A stretch of 64,000 nt of DNA from a virus. A program made the position numbers and the translations under genes. A model generated the notes under the pieces. The model searched no databases. It worked only from the letters and a program-made list of their open reading frames with translations, and had not been told where the DNA came from. Shown here in pieces: positions 60,801-64,000 of this stretch. The stretch is taken from positions 17,656-81,655 of the IMG/VR virus record IMGVR_UViG_3300032241_002336. One strand, written 5' to 3'. Numbering within the stretch: the first letter of the stretch is position 1; each line of letters opens with the position of its first letter.

Positions 60801-61482
60801 CTGCAGCTTTTATTAATCCAACTATCATATCTGATAATAATGCATATGTATAACCTACAAAATGTGTTGTAATTTCAAAATTACCAGTCTGAGAGTTAAA
60901 TCTACTATTGAATTTTGTTAGATGTAAACAATAAATTACTGGTTTTCCATAATACCCCTTTATTTTTAATTGAAATAATGGATATGGTAAAGTAAAAAAA
61001 ACATTATATTTAGATTGACCATCTTGTTGAAAAATAGCACCACCACGTATATCAACAAAATTAATTGTAACCATTGGAGTATATGATGAATTAAAATCAA
61101 TATCAATACTAGTTAACCCTAACGATTCATCTATAGTATCTAAACTTGTTGATAATTCAGTATATTTTGTTGTTAAATTTGGTTTATTAGCAGTTGTCGC
61201 ATCACTAGTAAACGTCATTAAATTAATAATTTCATTATTATTGAAATTAATATTAATTTTTTCATTAGTAACATTTGTACTTGAATTATTTTTACTCGAT
61301 ACTAATAATGTTCTACCTTTAGCATAAGTACTTAGCTCAACAATAATTGATAAATCTTCTGGTGGAACAGACATATTAAATTTATTATCTGAAAAAATTC
61401 CGCCATTATATTGATTTGTAAAATCATTAGGATCTATTAATTTAATTCTTTTTATATCATTATTAATATTTTTATCCCCCAT
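54889..61482 (-). CDS. Giant baseplate-hub-like protein with C-terminal peptidoglycan-hydrolase-like domains
   Basis: 2197 aa; AEVTMMGNAMIQP..FQL..GAYLI..VKH (gpD/gp27-like end); PWSAVFVSY..GDI..HGNIV..GGN (CHAP/DUF2272-like); EG..NNPGN..FPTLDDGIRA (lysozyme-like). Confidence 0.7.
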   Translation of the reverse strand: MGDKNINNDIKRIKLIDPNDFTNQYNGGIFSDNKFNMSVPPEDLSIIVELSTYAKGRTLLVSSKNNSSTNVTNEKININFNNNEIINLMTFTSDATTANKPNLTTKYTELSTSLDTIDESLGLTSIDIDFNSSYTPMVTINFVDIRGGAIFQQDGQSKYNVFFTLPYPLFQLKIKGYYGKPVIYCLHLTKFNSRFNSQTGNFEITTHFVGYTYALLSDMIVGLIKAAEETPRGIDILKNINSSKKSGSPNILSINQFLQAIPLIDQAIKDQLTNSNQNATTLSSYQQAETSLNNLINDVNKFIQNLKNNFSANLASDTSNNDIVAIGNIANVMNDVNKSVGDFNTTFQQELSIYNGITQNQNLNLINNLGAIITQFSTNDLKQPIANNVQTNIQKAYQRYGISDISQINSIVTRFNISIKNISSGNSQLMFIDVTDVLTALNNQLTSITSQQQILEKQIGQDLYQKIKTVLKFDPNIRNITNIFTTAIEIFLQLIYETATHWKDSTRLAQFSKFQNVNGEVNIDINKKNINKNIIFPFPEYHNINDEEEYLGKSGILTNPEQVPEIQLVDQLYDGMLIGNKILQDINNSVNGPSAWNSMNPIDSYLYQTTSPYERLPSSTGPKDLAAYVMMRAFGFLGFSNNYLSDDEIKAFATAEARNVITKFGNNFNIINGLYNNYKTITDYSGTIANINGKDTTIFINNNPCTYNYLNEGIPERWLLPTDKNFFGTSAIYSPNSKNSTINTEPSTYLLSSRVCDSPDLTAYTDNASYIYVVEKNLYENTKITSPSTYSQTTNAINYINLLKNAIVEKKVTTTSDYADVAIIEYKSVIDPKIIQNYGFNTINGKYGIQEFSSINYDGANGLGLNDIEPLYSLFYYNSNNPNALNLTSGRTNTVLGYWDIYNADNSINNFNVFYVRNKEHSKKFSITDLFKNQNNNGQNLPFFINNRQNQNNSDISFPFFGFSWETKNAENYNFQNLFGSRFYNAQTSNEAKAYLFLHCFPWNGLIGEEIADVNRGMFNLSSILNIFQYRSGFIQVPLLLPAFIGALIWRYEKGGLKTNNSSFTSLLTFEDYIYNILGKDPILFTDSSNSSLIYPNNIVQNPSDIILNNNNTIKNYNDIHYWSYTDSKKYNIPTTYQYCLFTGNKEASMPYSMRFGYGYGGNANIENIIINLPSPVKQTFLNEFLSFVNGTNNFNNSNGFPELKKIFEISVINQTSTTNNTNNGLLSFVPSNSSNLFSPENILTTNQLTSQTISNDANWIKAYNSISATTKNGMNNINNIVEFLSLNVSDYVVFSYFQDVPNNYVIEYKQNGNIDNTLKNLFFNYKYIANCSWRLWAANQFFDAEFDNYIVPCNLPVSISSTDLNTYISTFTAEIKGAKDENDKQYFNNKNLIEIKFEIYRTLKKIYDKWIANTDSPTKSTFQCCTKGSIGDNPTRLDGDTQMNIHLGGNGSSLNLIDSFRFINRAFVDIGDTLPINPVQFSKILADSSDSSFYDLFGRLLTDNNMLFVPLPTYIDYTNNDDVQNIFTPYPYYQAKTLPVSGPSFVCMYVGQTSTKLDLGPNSDYPNDGINLNDKSTIPSDLVSPIKDWETPTAAFLVNYGQQNQNIFKDIVLDQSEFTETNESLKITDAIANTYSQTSQSYVGQNLYNVYSARSYKAEVTMMGNAMIQPMMYFQLNNIPLFRGAYLIIGVKHHIVPNNMSTVFTGVRIKKTATPLIDAASLYTSLLDGYQLPKAGTSGINSNYTNYVFKYQDVLKQNLPVNKIIQRPSTNGPFSLENVPPTAPPPLTTNATNFITSVITPSANKPAQAIITPGFDPTKISDHAKIELDNWGGGTLQENSPTGIKYINQYNNKQGVYNFSQVTYNKPWSAVFVSYIMTFGDNNFPAASSHYSYATAALDSNNGYELFPLKAGLTIKVEIGDIMIMPRKGEYTASHGNIVWKIENNVASLIGGNRGMVPETSAINTLNTGTNAPDDSEGTVKSTLLTLNSDGTITDDTNTGLYLLIMKKTYQYYYKGRKFSIIASETAVGRGVYGGLVNYKITIPKYIQEEYIPALNRVINSKNPSLPNGSSAITKGISLLFQAQTKIEGFYPTSKAYKTNNPGNVGNTAPGIDPNSTQIFPTLDDGIRAQYVQIIEPALNGTSRHYSPLTTLFQYASVYQTGDPTSYTNAIINYFIHIGNVNITDTTTLLDISNIT

Positions 61483-61795
61483 ATAAACTATTATAATTAT
61501 TAACTGATGTTATATATCTATCAATGGCTGATTCTAGCGGATATGGAATAACAATAATTGATTGATCTGGAATTAAAAACTCTAACCCACCATATTGTTG
61601 ATTTGCTAGCATTATTAACCAACCATAATATGGACTATTATAGTATGTATTACTTAATATGTCAAGCCTTGTCTGACCTAATTTATAAATAACACTTATG
61701 TCAGTTGTGTAGACATTTAAACTTAAACCAGGTATGACGTTCATACTTCCATTATTCCTAAAATTCTGATATCTATCGTAATATCTTGTTGCCAT
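61472..61795 (-). CDS. LysM-like baseplate/tail protein (gp53/tail-X-like)
   Basis: TRLDILSNTYYNSPYYGWLIMLAN..I.IP. Confidence 0.75.
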   Translation of the reverse strand: MATRYYDRYQNFRNNGSMNVIPGLSLNVYTTDISVIYKLGQTRLDILSNTYYNSPYYGWLIMLANQQYGGLEFLIPDQSIIVIPYPLESAIDRYITSVNNYNSLYGG

Positions 61796-61801
61796 AGTCT
61801 A

Positions 61802-64000
61802 TTATTTGAATATTTTATTTATATTAGCTTTTAAGTTTATAATTGAATTGTCTTTTACTCCAGTTAAGACTACATTCAAAAAATAATTATTTGAATCTGA
61901 TATTATTTGAATTGGTAATACTGGAGTAAAATTACTCAATGGTGCAAATACAATTGTATTTTTTTGAGCATAACCAATATATGTAGTTGTTGGTTGATTA
62001 AATACAACGGTCTTATTTTGGTCAAATACTTGGGTTGTGACACTATAACTCTGTGATAAATTATTAATTGAATTATTTACAATATTGTATGTCAAACCAC
62101 TAATTCCACTAGATAATGTGAAATATATTTGTGAGACTGGCATATATAATACACTAGCATCTTGAGTACTACCAGTTAATGTAGTAGTTTCTGTTTTATT
62201 ACTTGCAGCTGCAGTTGCTGTTTGATTAACAACTACACCATCATTTGTCGTATTTGTTGGTACTATTTTAGAATCTTTTTCATAAGATGTTGTTGTCGGA
62301 TCTAATCCTAATACCAAACCGTAATTATTCTCCAATGAAGTAGTGCCAATTGTATTTCTTTTATCAGCAAAATTATTATTGTTATTAGTAGCATTTACAT
62401 TACTAGTTCTTGCAACATAATCAGATCTTGGGTCATATACTTGTGTATTAGCAAAGAAATTAAATGATAGTGCATTCTGTAATTTATTTATTGGACTCAA
62501 TAAACTTGAACCACCAATATATTTAAAAGACATATTTACATTTGCTATCATAGGCTGCACACCAATTCCTTCTGGGTTTAAATCCCATTGTGGTTCTTGA
62601 AAATCAAAATTTACACTATCTATCATTATTTTTGTATTATAAAAATCACCAATTCTTAAAATACATACTGGGGGTGGCCCAAATGCTAAATTACTTGGCG
62701 TTGCTTCTTGTATTGTAGGGCCCTGTCTTGTACATTGCAATAAAAATGTAAGTCTTGAATTAAACCCTTCTGGTGTCATACTATGAAACGCTGGATGAAA
62801 ATATTTAATTTTTTCACGTATTTTATCAAATACAAACGGATCTGTTCTTTTTAATTTTTCAAAAAATAACGCTTCATTGTAAAACCTTTGTCTTATTGAA
62901 CTATTTAAGCTTACACTATTTGCATTATTATTTGTATTAGTATTATTATTTGATGTTTCTACTGGATTATCAATTTTTGTTTTAGATTGATCTATACTAA
63001 ATGAAATTGATGCATATCTATCTTTTTTTGGCAATAGCTCTGATTGAGGAGTTTTTTTGGGATCATTACTATAGCCTTTGTTATTTTGACCTATTGAACT
63101 ATCATTTACTTCTGCACCTTTATAAATAATTCTATCACCAAATTCAGCAAGTAAGAATTTTAAATATGTGATTGTATTATCTCTTCTTTGTTTTGCTAAA
63201 ATTATATTTTGATCTGGACATCCTTGACTACTAGCAAAACCAGCTACAGTTATAGCTATAGTGTAATTTTCAAACTGAGGACTTGCCAAATAACTTATTA
63301 AATGGTCTTGAAAATCTGGTGTAACCCAACCATCAAAAGTATTAGTATCAATTGTTATTTTTTGATTAATAGAATTCAATTTGAAATTTGTTCCAGCAGC
63401 CCATGGACCAGTATATTTCCCATTTATCTTTGTACACGAACCATTTGTCTGTAATTGATAAGTTATCTCAAAATCACTAGAATAATCACTAATATTTGCA
63501 TTCCCCTCATAATCACTGTTTACATATACACAATCATTTCCAAAATAAATATTAAAACCATTTGGATTTACATCTGATTTTATATTAATTGTTGGTGCTG
63601 TTACTGTTGTTTTATTAACATTTAGAGGTGCTCTATTATTTATAAAATCTATGTTTTCTTGTGTTAATAAATTTGACCATTTTGAATTATCTAAATCTAA
63701 ACAACCCGAAAGCCATGAGTCAATAAACTCATCAGTAGCTGTGTTTTTACTATCAATACCAAAAGCATTCATTATACTTGGATGATCGACAATTACTTTA
63801 AACGATAAATTACCAGTTCTTTCGGTATTATTATAAGTATATAATGGCTCACCTCTACCAATAAAAAGATTTGATTCTATACTAACATTACTTGTTTCAT
63901 TAAAAGATAAATCATATGGCGGAAACCACATTATTCTACCAAATTTACCAGTCAATAAATCACCTGGTCCTTGTTCAACTTTTGGTAAATTTACAGCAGG
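61802..64000 (-). CDS. Tail-tube-initiator-like structural protein with inserted OmpA-like domain (5' partial)
   Basis: The frame stays open to the window edge; FPPYDLSF..IGRGEPLYTYNNTERTG.LSF and PPVCILRIGDFY flank AGFASS..NIILAKQRRDN. Confidence 0.6.
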   Translation of the reverse strand, partial: PAVNLPKVEQGPGDLLTGKFGRIMWFPPYDLSFNETSNVSIESNLFIGRGEPLYTYNNTERTGNLSFKVIVDHPSIMNAFGIDSKNTATDEFIDSWLSGCLDLDNSKWSNLLTQENIDFINNRAPLNVNKTTVTAPTINIKSDVNPNGFNIYFGNDCVYVNSDYEGNANISDYSSDFEITYQLQTNGSCTKINGKYTGPWAAGTNFKLNSINQKITIDTNTFDGWVTPDFQDHLISYLASPQFENYTIAITVAGFASSQGCPDQNIILAKQRRDNTITYLKFLLAEFGDRIIYKGAEVNDSSIGQNNKGYSNDPKKTPQSELLPKKDRYASISFSIDQSKTKIDNPVETSNNNTNTNNNANSVSLNSSIRQRFYNEALFFEKLKRTDPFVFDKIREKIKYFHPAFHSMTPEGFNSRLTFLLQCTRQGPTIQEATPSNLAFGPPPVCILRIGDFYNTKIMIDSVNFDFQEPQWDLNPEGIGVQPMIANVNMSFKYIGGSSLLSPINKLQNALSFNFFANTQVYDPRSDYVARTSNVNATNNNNNFADKRNTIGTTSLENNYGLVLGLDPTTTSYEKDSKIVPTNTTNDGVVVNQTATAAASNKTETTTLTGSTQDASVLYMPVSQIYFTLSSGISGLTYNIVNNSINNLSQSYSVTTQVFDQNKTVVFNQPTTTYIGYAQKNTIVFAPLSNFTPVLPIQIISDSNNYFLNVVLTGVKDNSIINLKANINKIFK

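Noticed and set aside
1-64000. Stop-codon reassignment as in some large phages
   Set aside because: Genes are long and intact in code 11; TAG (e.g. sbcC, primase, nrdJ-C) and TGA both end genes at sensible positions
1-64000. CRISPR array, tRNA or rRNA genes
   Set aside because: Intergenic gaps are short and AT-rich; I saw no repeat-spacer periodicity or cloverleaf by eye (tRNAscan was not run)

Overview
This very AT-rich 64 kb window comes from a large T4-like (contractile-tailed) phage, almost certainly infecting Bacteroidota: it has TAnnTTTG promoters, a Bacteroidota-type primary sigma factor and SprB repeats. Nearly all genes are on the minus strand and use the standard genetic code. From left to right it holds putative head/lysis-related ORFs, sigma-70, SbcC/SbcD, a PD-(D/E)XK nuclease, primase, RuvC and a ~28 kb baseplate/tail-fibre block. 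That block is interrupted by two antisense zinc-repeat homing endonucleases. Next come a class II ribonucleotide reductase, helicase, 5'-3' exonuclease, RecA, gp32-like SSB and a giant baseplate-hub/tail-lysin gene. Main observations: (1) nrdJ carries two cis inteins and is also fractured into two genes by a naturally split intein (Thr+1), with a free-standing endonuclease between the halves. (2) That endonuclease's RBS sits in a perfect 19-bp hairpin with a putative late promoter in the loop. (3) One homing endonuclease is flanked by a diverged duplicate of the last 39 codons of a virion gene, consistent with C-terminus replacement. (4) Gliding-adhesin SprB repeats and a shuffled ~250-aa module are built into several tail proteins. 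All product calls come from motif recognition only; no database searches were run.
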